Origin: an uncultured Bacteroidales bacterium
GTDB lineage: Bacteria; Bacteroidota; Bacteroidia; Bacteroidales; VadinHA17
Direction of reading: 5' to 3'
Assembly (NCBI GenBank): GCA_963756885.1
Contig: CAVWPG010000002.1
Location: forward strand, 1,977-65,976
Length of the DNA: 64,000 bases
This document shows, in pieces, positions 40,105-48,542 of the stretch. A program made the translations under genes and the position numbers. The notes beneath the pieces were generated by a model. The model made no database searches and had not been told where the DNA came from. It worked only from the letters and a program-made list of their open reading frames with translations. Positions within the stretch are counted from its first letter, which is position 1. Every line of letters starts with the position of its first letter.

Positions 40105-41481
40105 ATGGAAAAGTTCAGAAAGATCATCCTCAGTGAAAATGAAATGCCCAGGCAATGGTACAACATCCTTGCAGATATGCCGAACAAACCTCTGCCTCCC
40201 CTCAATCCGGCAACCGGCAAACCTGTCGGGCCGGAAGACCTGGCTCCCGTTTTTCCCATGGAGCTCATAAAGCAGGAGGTATCCACGGAGAGATATATAG
40301 ATATTCCGGATGAGGTGCTTGACCTCTACAGGACTTACCGCCCCTCTCCCCTGTTCAGGGCAGTATCGCTCGAAAAAGCACTCGGGACAAAAAGCAAAAT
40401 TTACTACAAGTATGAAGGTGGCAACTATTCAGGATCTCATAAGGCCAATACGGCAATAGCCCAGGCTTACTATAACAAGCAGGAGGGTGTGCGGCGGATA
40501 ACGACCGAAACGGGTGCCGGACAGTGGGGAAGTGCCATGAGCTTCGCATGTCAGCATTTCGGGCTGGAACTGCTTGTATTCATGGTAAAGGTAAGCTATA
40601 ACCAGAAACCCGGACGCAAGCTTCTGATGAACACATATAATGCAAGGGTAGTGCCTTCACCAAGCACTATGACAGTGGCCGGACGGAAAGTACTGGAGCT
40701 GGATCCCGATTCACCCGGAAGCCTTGGCATAGCAATTTCAGAGGCAATGGAGGTGGCCGTACAGGATCCTTATACAAAGTACTCACTGGGCAGTGTCCTA
40801 AATCATGTCATCCTGCATCAGACAATCATCGGACAGGAAGCTCTCCTGCAGATGGAAAAAACGGGCGATTACCCTGACGTGGTTATCGGATGCTTCGGCG
40901 GAGGCTCCAACTTTTCCGGCATCGCCTTCCCCTTCCTTCGCGAAAATCTGACCAAGGGTAAAAAGACAAGGCTCCTCACACTCGAACCTGCCTCCTGCCC
41001 CAAGCTAACAAAAGGCAAATTCATGTACGATTTCGGTGATTCGGCAGGGATGACCCCTCTCCTTCCGATGTACACCCTGGGTCACAATTTCATCCCGGAA
41101 AAGATCCACGCCGGGGGACTGCGCTACCATGGCGCCGGCGTACTGGTAAGCCAGCTTCTAAGGGATGGCTTCATTGAGGCAAGAGCCAAGCTTCAGAGAG
41201 AATGCTTTGAAGCAGGAGTGCTCTTTGCCCGTACTGAAGGGATACTGCCTGCCCCCGAATCAAACTATGCTATTGCCGGAGCTCTTGATGAAGCAAGAAA
41301 AGCCGACCTGGAAGGGGTGTCGAAAACAATCCTTTTCAACCTCAGCGGACATGGACATTTCGATATCTCAGCCTACGAGAAATTCTTCGAAGGCAACCTG
41401 CCCGACCATGAGCTGACAACAGCAGAAGTCGAGGAAGCCATTTCGAAGATAGAACTGCCCACACTGATAAAAATAGATTAA
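40105..41481 (+). CDS. trpB: tryptophan synthase beta-subunit-like protein, TrpB2 class (long form, stand-alone)
   Basis: 458 aa. N-terminal MPRQWYNILADMPNKPLPPLNP extension typical of TrpB2, GSHKANTA (PLP lysine), TETGAGQWGSA and GGGSNFSG. No trpA nearby. Confidence 0.85.
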   Translation: MEKFRKIILSENEMPRQWYNILADMPNKPLPPLNPATGKPVGPEDLAPVFPMELIKQEVSTERYIDIPDEVLDLYRTYRPSPLFRAVSLEKALGTKSKIYYKYEGGNYSGSHKANTAIAQAYYNKQEGVRRITTETGAGQWGSAMSFACQHFGLELLVFMVKVSYNQKPGRKLLMNTYNARVVPSPSTMTVAGRKVLELDPDSPGSLGIAISEAMEVAVQDPYTKYSLGSVLNHVILHQTIIGQEALLQMEKTGDYPDVVIGCFGGGSNFSGIAFPFLRENLTKGKKTRLLTLEPASCPKLTKGKFMYDFGDSAGMTPLLPMYTLGHNFIPEKIHAGGLRYHGAGVLVSQLLRDGFIEARAKLQRECFEAGVLFARTEGILPAPESNYAIAGALDEARKADLEGVSKTILFNLSGHGHFDISAYEKFFEGNLPDHELTTAEVEEAISKIELPTLIKID

Positions 41482-41612
41482 TTCTCTGTGAACCTCTGTG
41501 CCTTATCCTCTGTGTAACTCTGTGTAACTCTGTGTAATCAGTTCCTAAGAACTTACACAGATCCCGATAGCATCGGGACACAGAGGTCCACTGAGGACAC
41601 AGAGATTGAGTA
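41482..41612. repeat. mosaic repeat block R7 between convergent trpB2 and the NIPSNAP gene
   Basis: CTCTGTG words x5, hairpin CTGTGTAA..GTTCCTAAGAAC..TTACACAG, palindrome TCCCGATAGCATCGGGA (41562-41578), then CACAGAG words. Confidence 0.85.
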
Positions 41613-41615
41613 CTA

Positions 41616-42416
41616 CTAGAAATCGGAGCAGGAAGCCGGATGAAGCAGGTACACATGTACCTTCGAAACCGTGTTCTTATATTCCTCCATTCCTGATATG
41701 CTCTTCCATTCCGGTGAACCGCCAAATGCCTTCCACAATTCATCATGTGTTTTGAGGTCGGCAAAGGTGGTCATATACATAAGGTTCGGCTTCTGATTAC
41801 CTGCCAGTGCCTCGCCGTAAAAAACGGCATTGAATTTAAGCTTCGCAAACAAGGCTATCTCCCCTCCCTTGTTGAACATCTCGATCTTCTTTGCAGCCTT
41901 TGCTTCCGTTGCACTTTCATAACTCCTCAACTCATAAATCCTGTCACCAACAGGGGTTGAAAAAACAGGTGCAACAAACCTTGGCATATCGATAAAGGCC
42001 TTCAGTAGGATGCTTTGCTGCCTGTCGTACGGCGGATTGTCGAACGGTGCGTCAATGAAAGAGCTGCCGGCCTGTGCATATGTCTTATCCTTTTCAAGGA
42101 TGGCAGGCAATCCTGCATACTGCTCAATTGTGTTGAAAGGAATAAAAAGATAGACCAGCTTGCCGAAAGCGGCAGTGTCTGTTTCGACCGGTTTGAAAAC
42201 ACCTATCTTAGAGATGCCTGCCCTGTGAAGGGCCGGAATAAATGCATCCTTCAGGAAGGCATCCACCATGCCGGCCTGAGCCGGAGAGGAAATTGAGTAG
42301 ATCCGTATTTCATAATACATCTGCTTATCAGCGCCGAAGATTCTGAACGGAAAGGTGGCAAGAATAAGCAGCAGTAAAGCCTTGAATGGCAGATTAACAT
42401 GTTTTGCGGTTTTCAT
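41616..42416 (-). CDS. NIPSNAP family protein (two NIPSNAP repeats), secreted
   Basis: 266 aa with a signal peptide. YEIRIY and YELRSYE beta-alpha repeats are typical of NIPSNAP. Confidence 0.75.
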   Translation of the reverse strand: MKTAKHVNLPFKALLLLILATFPFRIFGADKQMYYEIRIYSISSPAQAGMVDAFLKDAFIPALHRAGISKIGVFKPVETDTAAFGKLVYLFIPFNTIEQYAGLPAILEKDKTYAQAGSSFIDAPFDNPPYDRQQSILLKAFIDMPRFVAPVFSTPVGDRIYELRSYESATEAKAAKKIEMFNKGGEIALFAKLKFNAVFYGEALAGNQKPNLMYMTTFADLKTHDELWKAFGGSPEWKSISGMEEYKNTVSKVHVYLLHPASCSDF

Positions 42417-42451
42417 GGGCGGGGTTTTAATTGTTACATTATTGAAATGCT

Positions 42452-43531
42452 TTAATATTCCTTTGCAAAATTCTCGAAGATCCTGTTTGCCTGCTCAGAT
42501 GTGATCTCGCCCCCGGCCTGAACGACAAGCCTGTGCCGCAGGGTCACCGAATGACCCTTCTGCAATACAAACTGCACCTTCTCTTTTTTCGCATCGTAAG
42601 AATGCTGACCGAAATTGTTTACAGCGAACAGACCGTAGCCCCTGGCATGTGCATAGGCAGGATAACCGTGATTTTTCGGATTGTCAAAGATCCCGATCGT
42701 TATATGCTCATTATCTTTCGTCCCATTGAGCAGAACCCAGTCATTCCGGGTGCCCCATACGGCATCGCCCTTTAACCCGTTGCTGGAGTTGTACATTCCG
42801 GTTACCCCGGTATTGTCAACAACGCCAACTGTGGTGGGATTACCTTTATCATCGGTAAAAATCTGAGGTTCGTCGGAAGGCATCTCAAATGCCCTGTCGA
42901 CCCTTATGGCAAACAATCCCTCCTTGCTGTCATTAAATGTAACGGGTCCATTGACTGCCGTAAGGGTTGTTATATGATCGATGGTTCTCAATCCGCCATT
43001 GCCCGTGAAATAATAAGTCGTGTTCTCGCGGAGAAGGGTATTCCCCTTATTGTCATCCCAGTCGGCAGTTATTTCAAGAACACCTTTCTTTCCGCTTTCT
43101 GCCTTAATTATCTTCTGAAGAACAATATGCCCGTATTCATCCTTCTTTTCGGCAGGGATTGCAGAGGAATTGTTCCAGAAATCGAGCCCGTTGATATTTC
43201 CGTGATTGAACCAGATTCCAATATGATGAGGATGATCCACCCTTTCCCCCTTCCGGGGCTCTATAGGAAATCCCCTTGTAATGACGGAACCATTCGGAGC
43301 AATTACAGGATACAAAAACGGCTTTTCAATATCTGCAGGGTACTGATATGAAGTAAAAAATTTATCGCCGATATATACATCGACCCTGCTCTTGTCGTCA
43401 ACTCTTGCAAGCTTGACATCGAGACTCTTTGACTGCTGTGCTTCCAATGACATAGCGAAGGTAAAGAACAACAATAAGGCCAGCAGTCCGGCAGGTTTTA
43501 CAGATATGATACCAAACTTAACTGTTCTCAT
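42452..43531 (-). CDS. PmoA-like / DUF6807 family protein, secreted
   Basis: 359 aa with a signal peptide. ERVDHPHHIGIWFNHGNINGLDFWN matches my memory of the DUF6807 (PmoA family) signature. Confidence 0.65.
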   Translation of the reverse strand: MRTVKFGIISVKPAGLLALLLFFTFAMSLEAQQSKSLDVKLARVDDKSRVDVYIGDKFFTSYQYPADIEKPFLYPVIAPNGSVITRGFPIEPRKGERVDHPHHIGIWFNHGNINGLDFWNNSSAIPAEKKDEYGHIVLQKIIKAESGKKGVLEITADWDDNKGNTLLRENTTYYFTGNGGLRTIDHITTLTAVNGPVTFNDSKEGLFAIRVDRAFEMPSDEPQIFTDDKGNPTTVGVVDNTGVTGMYNSSNGLKGDAVWGTRNDWVLLNGTKDNEHITIGIFDNPKNHGYPAYAHARGYGLFAVNNFGQHSYDAKKEKVQFVLQKGHSVTLRHRLVVQAGGEITSEQANRIFENFAKEY

Positions 43532-43559
43532 GATTATTTCTGTTAAGATTACTTATGAT

Positions 43560-44918
43560 CTATTCATCATTACTATTCTCAATCGGAACGAATTGCAGTG
43601 GCTTGCGAAACCAGTTCGTCCGGTAGGCTCCGTAAAGGACTCCTGCCGTCAGCCATGTAAGTCCGACGATCTTTGCATTTATCCCGAGGCTTATCCAGAG
43701 AAACAGGCAAATGAAGAAACCCAGGAATGGAACGATCAGATTGCTGAACTTCCGCTGTTCCGCGTGCAGGAAATAACGTGTGAATGATGAAGCATTTACG
43801 CCCATGAAGGCTATGAGAGCTCCGAAATTCAGAAGCTGGGCGCCGACAGGATAGGAAACGAGGAATGCCCCTATCATAGTCAAAGCCCCGATAAGTATAA
43901 TATTATTTGAGGGCACCCGCGTGCGGGCATTTACAACCCCGAAAAATTTCTTCGGTATTGCGTTATCCCGGCCCATGCCATAGAGCAGACGTCCGGCACC
44001 CAGCTGGGCACCTGCGCCCGATCCGATCGTAGCGACAAGCAGGGCGAAATTTACAGTATGAAAGAGCCACTGACCACCAGCCCTGCCCGCAACAAAGCAG
44101 AATGCAGTATCCTGATCGGGAAAAGTGGTTGCCGGCCATACCATCTGTGCAAAATAGACCTGGATGGAAGCAAGGACGCCTGTTATTATGCATACAAGCA
44201 CTGAAGCCCGCAGGATATTCTTCCTCGGATTATGAACCTCTTCCGACAGGGTCGAAATACCGTCGAAGCCTATATAGGTAAGTACTGCCAGTGATGCTCC
44301 TGCCGAGACTCCCGAGAAAGAAAAGGTTGCAGGATCATAAAAAGGCCTCGTCCAGGCTCCGGCCCCGGCCGGGGGATTAATAAAAAGATATCTTACAGCC
44401 GCCCCGAGAAACAAAACTATCACCACACCAAGGCCTGTTGCAATTATCGTATTTGTGCGGGAACTGGATTCAATTCCTCTCAGGTTCATTCCTGTAAACA
44501 GGGCAGTGAAGACTACGAGATAGACTCCGAAAGGGATCTCGGGGATCATATTCAAAGCAGCCTTGCTGACCCAGATCACGCATATTATCGGATTCATTAT
44601 GTAATCGAAAATCATCCCCCAGCCCACAAAATAACCGAGGGAGGGATGGATCTCCCTGCTTACGTATGTATAGGCAGAACCTGCGCTCGGATAAGCATTT
44701 GCCATACGGCCATAGCTTATGGCGGTGAACATCATCCCAACCATTCCTATAAGTATGGTGGTTACAACGTGACCCTTTGCCAGTCCCACAGCTGCGCCAA
44801 ACAATGGCATCGGTGCAGTAGGCTGGATAAGTATAATGCCATACAGCACAAGGGACGACAGACCGAGAACACGCTTTAAACCCGGACCGTTATTTGAAGA
44901 GGTTTGGGAAATGCTCAT
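43560..44918 (-). CDS. APC-superfamily amino acid / polyamine permease
   Basis: 452 aa, about 12 predicted TM segments. N-terminal LKRVLGLSSLVLYGIILIQPTAP and AYPSAGSAYTY motifs, as in PuuP/PotE-like permeases. Confidence 0.8.
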   Translation of the reverse strand: MSISQTSSNNGPGLKRVLGLSSLVLYGIILIQPTAPMPLFGAAVGLAKGHVVTTILIGMVGMMFTAISYGRMANAYPSAGSAYTYVSREIHPSLGYFVGWGMIFDYIMNPIICVIWVSKAALNMIPEIPFGVYLVVFTALFTGMNLRGIESSSRTNTIIATGLGVVIVLFLGAAVRYLFINPPAGAGAWTRPFYDPATFSFSGVSAGASLAVLTYIGFDGISTLSEEVHNPRKNILRASVLVCIITGVLASIQVYFAQMVWPATTFPDQDTAFCFVAGRAGGQWLFHTVNFALLVATIGSGAGAQLGAGRLLYGMGRDNAIPKKFFGVVNARTRVPSNNIILIGALTMIGAFLVSYPVGAQLLNFGALIAFMGVNASSFTRYFLHAEQRKFSNLIVPFLGFFICLFLWISLGINAKIVGLTWLTAGVLYGAYRTNWFRKPLQFVPIENSNDE

Positions 44919-45081
44919 AATTTTGTTCTGATTAAATTATTGTATCTCACTTTTGATTATTTATATTTGGGAACATTTTTTCGGAATTTTCAAATATGCA
45001 AAATAAAAGGTAAATAATCTGTCATACCTCGGTTATTTTACCCAAAATTTGTGAGTATATAAAAATCTATAAAAGCAAATC

Positions 45082-46203
45082 ATGGAAAATCAATCAATTG
45101 CTCCAAAAAGACTTCACTCCCTTGATGCCCTGCGTGGTTTCGATATGTTCTGGATAATGGGAGGCGAAGGCATCTTTGTCGGACTCGCTTCACTGACAGG
45201 TATTCCTGTGCTCAACTGGTGGGCGGGTCAGCTGGAGCATATGCCCTGGCACGGCTTCAGGTTCTACGACATGATCTTTCCCCTGTTCCTGTTCATAGCC
45301 GGTATCTCATTCCCGCTCTCATTGGCAAAGAGGAAGTCTCTTAATCAGAGCGATAAGACTATCTACAGGCATGTAATAAGCCGCGGTCTCATACTTGTCC
45401 TCATTGGCATTGTCTTCAATAACGGTGTCAATTTCGACTTCGCCCACCTGCGCTATGGCAGTGTTCTTGGAAGGATCGGTCTTGCATGGATGTTTGCGGC
45501 TCTCATCTTCATGAATACAAAGCTTACATTCCGGATAGTATGGCTCGCCGGGATCCTGATCGTGTACTGGATGCTGTTCATCCTCTTTCCTGCTCATGAT
45601 CTGGGGGCAACAGATCCATATTCAATGGAAGGGAACCTCGCGGGACATATAGACAGATTATTCCTGCCGGGTAAATTCTGCTGCTATAAATTCGGCGACA
45701 GTGAAGGCATCATGAGCACAATACCGGCCATCGGAACGGCGCTGCTGGGGATGCTTACCGGACAGTTTGTAAGCTCCGGGTATCTTGGCGGAAAGCCCGT
45801 TCGCAAGGTGATGTACATGATCGCTGCGGCGGTGGGACTTATAATCATTGGAAGGATCTGGAACCTGGGATTTCCTATTAACAAATACCTCTGGTCCAGC
45901 TCATTTGTATGCTTTGTCGGCGGATTGAGCCTCCTTCTTTTCTCTGTCTTCTATCTTGTTATTGATGTCTGGGGCTATAAGAAATGGACATTGTTCTTTG
46001 TGGTTATAGGAATGAACCCGATCACTATTTACCTCACTGAAAGAATTGTAAATTTCGGTTCGGCAACCAGGTTCTTCTTCGGTGGCTTTACTGCCATGCT
46101 GCCGGAATCCTGGGGCCCGCTCATTGACGGGATCGGGATAACTACGGTGGCATGGGTTTTCCTCTATATCCTTTATAAAAAGAAAATCTTCCTGAAGGTC
46201 TGA
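45082..46203 (+). CDS. DUF5009 / heparan-alpha-glucosaminide N-acetyltransferase-like membrane acyltransferase
   Basis: 373 aa, polytopic. RLHSLDALRGFDMFWIMGGE N-terminus typical of this family. Confidence 0.7.
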   Translation: MENQSIAPKRLHSLDALRGFDMFWIMGGEGIFVGLASLTGIPVLNWWAGQLEHMPWHGFRFYDMIFPLFLFIAGISFPLSLAKRKSLNQSDKTIYRHVISRGLILVLIGIVFNNGVNFDFAHLRYGSVLGRIGLAWMFAALIFMNTKLTFRIVWLAGILIVYWMLFILFPAHDLGATDPYSMEGNLAGHIDRLFLPGKFCCYKFGDSEGIMSTIPAIGTALLGMLTGQFVSSGYLGGKPVRKVMYMIAAAVGLIIIGRIWNLGFPINKYLWSSSFVCFVGGLSLLLFSVFYLVIDVWGYKKWTLFFVVIGMNPITIYLTERIVNFGSATRFFFGGFTAMLPESWGPLIDGIGITTVAWVFLYILYKKKIFLKV

Positions 46204-46422
46204 TCGCGTGAAACAAAGGGCGTCATGCCGTGAAACGGCGGGATGGTATGGCCTCGCCGGATCACGTGGCTGCATATCCCGGCGGGAATTGCATCGGGAT
46301 AGCTGCCGGGACCGCTACATCGTTAATGCTTAAAAGTGCTGGCACCGGTTTGTTCACTAATTAAAAAATTCAGAACAAATCAGGCAATTCACGGTTTATA
46401 GGATTATAATAAACCGAATGTA

Positions 46423-47193
46423 ATGTCTCCAGATCTTCTCACCAACACACAGGTTGATTTTTTCAACAGGAATGGCTATCTGCTCGTTGATAAGCTGCTG
46501 TCAATGAATGATGTGGAGGAATACCGAAGTATATACGAGGATTTCCTTGCAAACGGGCATAATGCGGCAAGGTACAGGGCCGATCTTGCTGGTCAGCCTG
46601 ACGATTCTCCAAAAGCAGCAGGTGAAAGGATAACCCAGATCATGGTACCGGGCCGACTCCTGCCGGCGCTTCTTGAGAAAAGCCTGCACAGGAGATCGCT
46701 GGCCTGGGCCAGGCAGCTGCTGGGTGATGATATGGAGCTCGATTTTGACATGCTCATCGATAAGGCGCCTTTCACATATGCTCCCACACCATGGCACCAG
46801 GATTGTGCCTACTGGATATCAATGCCCGACACAAGGGCTGTCAGCTGCTGGGTTGCCCTTGATGAAGCCACAAGGGATAATGGCTGCATGTGGTATGTTC
46901 CCGGATCCCATCTTGCTCCTGTGAGACCCCACAGGCCATCCTCCAGGGGAGGGGGGGCACTGATGTGCGATGCAAGTGAAGAGGAGGGCGTCGCCGTGGA
47001 GATAAGTCCCGGCAGCTGCATCTTTCATCACGGTGCAACGCTTCACTACAGCAGGGGAAATTCAACGGACAGAAGGAGACGCGCTTTCATAACCAATTTC
47101 AGACCCGGGACCATGATCAGGTACGAGAGGGATCATGGCTTCGATCACACAGGTGAGCGGGAGGTGAATAATGATGAGGCAAAACAGCTTTAA
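46423..47193 (+). CDS. phytanoyl-CoA dioxygenase (PhyH) family Fe(II)/2-oxoglutarate oxygenase
   Basis: 256 aa. FNRNGYLLV, WHQDCAYW, GCMWYVPGSH and the HGATLHYSRGN facial-triad context. Confidence 0.75.
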   Translation: MSPDLLTNTQVDFFNRNGYLLVDKLLSMNDVEEYRSIYEDFLANGHNAARYRADLAGQPDDSPKAAGERITQIMVPGRLLPALLEKSLHRRSLAWARQLLGDDMELDFDMLIDKAPFTYAPTPWHQDCAYWISMPDTRAVSCWVALDEATRDNGCMWYVPGSHLAPVRPHRPSSRGGGALMCDASEEEGVAVEISPGSCIFHHGATLHYSRGNSTDRRRRAFITNFRPGTMIRYERDHGFDHTGEREVNNDEAKQL

Positions 47194-47210
47194 CCGACAG
47201 GCGACCACTA

Positions 47211-48455
47211 TCATCCCAGCTCCTTCATTGCAACATCCAGATCGATCTCCTTTTCCCATTTGGCTACAACAATTGTAGCGACTGAATTGCCTATAAGGTT
47301 CGTAATGGCCCTGGCTTCACTCATAAAACGGTCGATGCCGAGGATGAGGGCAAGCGAGGCAACAGGTATGTTTCCCACAGCGGGAAGGAGGGCTGCAAGG
47401 GTTATGAACCCGCTGCCCGTCACTCCTGCTGCTCCCTTGGATACGAGAAGCAATACAAGCAGCATTGTGACCTGATGGTAAAGGGTCAGATGGGTGTTTG
47501 TCGCCTGTGCCAGGAACACGGCAGCCATTGTAAGATAGATGGAGGTGCCGTCGAGGTTGAAGGAGTAACCCGTGGGAATAACAAGCCCGACCACTGGTTC
47601 CGATACGCCCCCCTTCCGGAGCTTCGCCATCAGGCTGGGTAATGCCGCCTCAGACGACGATGTGCCAAGGACGATAAGTATTTCTTCCTTTATGAAGGCC
47701 AGCACCCTGAAGATCCTGAAGCCAGCAAGCTTAAGGATACTTCCCAGGACAATAAAGATGAAAAGCAGACAGGTGAGATAGAAGGATATCATCAGCTGAC
47801 CGAGTGATGCAAGAGAGCCGACCCCGTATTTGCCGATCGTGAAGGCCATGGCACCGAAAGCGCCGACAGGCGCAGCTCTCATTATAATGTTTATTACGGC
47901 AAAAAGACCTGCTTCAAGCGATTTTATTCCGCGCAGAACCGGCAGGGCCTTGTCGCCTATCCGGGAAAGGGCGATCCCGAAAAGTATTGAAAAGAACAGG
48001 ATCTGAAGGAGATCGCCGTTGGAGAGGGCATTGACGATATTGTCGGGAATTATATGAAGCAAAAAGCCGACAACCCCTGTCGTTTTGCTCTGTGTGACAT
48101 ATGAGGATACTGCATTTGCATCGAGGGTGGATGGATCCACATTCATTCCCGACCCTGGCTTCAGGAAGTTTATTACAATGAGGCCTATTATAAGGGCCAG
48201 TGTTGTAACGATCTCAAAATAGATAATGGCCTTGATGCCTACCCTGCCTACCTTCTTTATGTCCTGCATGCCGGCAATACCGTTAACTATCGTACAGAAA
48301 ATTACCGGGGCGATCATCATCTTTACAAGCTTGATGAAACCGTCACCCAGAGGCTTCATCTTCACAGCCAGGGCGGGATAGAAAAACCCCAGCGCTATTC
48401 CTAGTATTATTGCCGCTATTACCTGCCCGTAAAGACTTTTGAAGATTCTTGGCAT
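47211..48455 (-). CDS. dctA: dicarboxylate/amino acid:cation symporter (DctA / GltP family)
   Basis: 414 aa. [44 protein letters not shown] and the [18 protein letters not shown] motifs of the DAACS family. Confidence 0.8.
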   Translation of the reverse strand: MPRIFKSLYGQVIAAIILGIALGFFYPALAVKMKPLGDGFIKLVKMMIAPVIFCTIVNGIAGMQDIKKVGRVGIKAIIYFEIVTTLALIIGLIVINFLKPGSGMNVDPSTLDANAVSSYVTQSKTTGVVGFLLHIIPDNIVNALSNGDLLQILFFSILFGIALSRIGDKALPVLRGIKSLEAGLFAVINIIMRAAPVGAFGAMAFTIGKYGVGSLASLGQLMISFYLTCLLFIFIVLGSILKLAGFRIFRVLAFIKEEILIVLGTSSSEAALPSLMAKLRKGGVSEPVVGLVIPTGYSFNLDGTSIYLTMAAVFLAQATNTHLTLYHQVTMLLVLLLVSKGAAGVTGSGFITLAALLPAVGNIPVASLALILGIDRFMSEARAITNLIGNSVATIVVAKWEKEIDLDVAMKELG

Positions 48456-48542
48456 TAGTTGTTAAATTATTTAAAATTCTGTTTATCCTGTGGCTTTCGA
48501 CTATTTTAACCACGGAGTCACACGGTTTTGCTTAATTACCCA

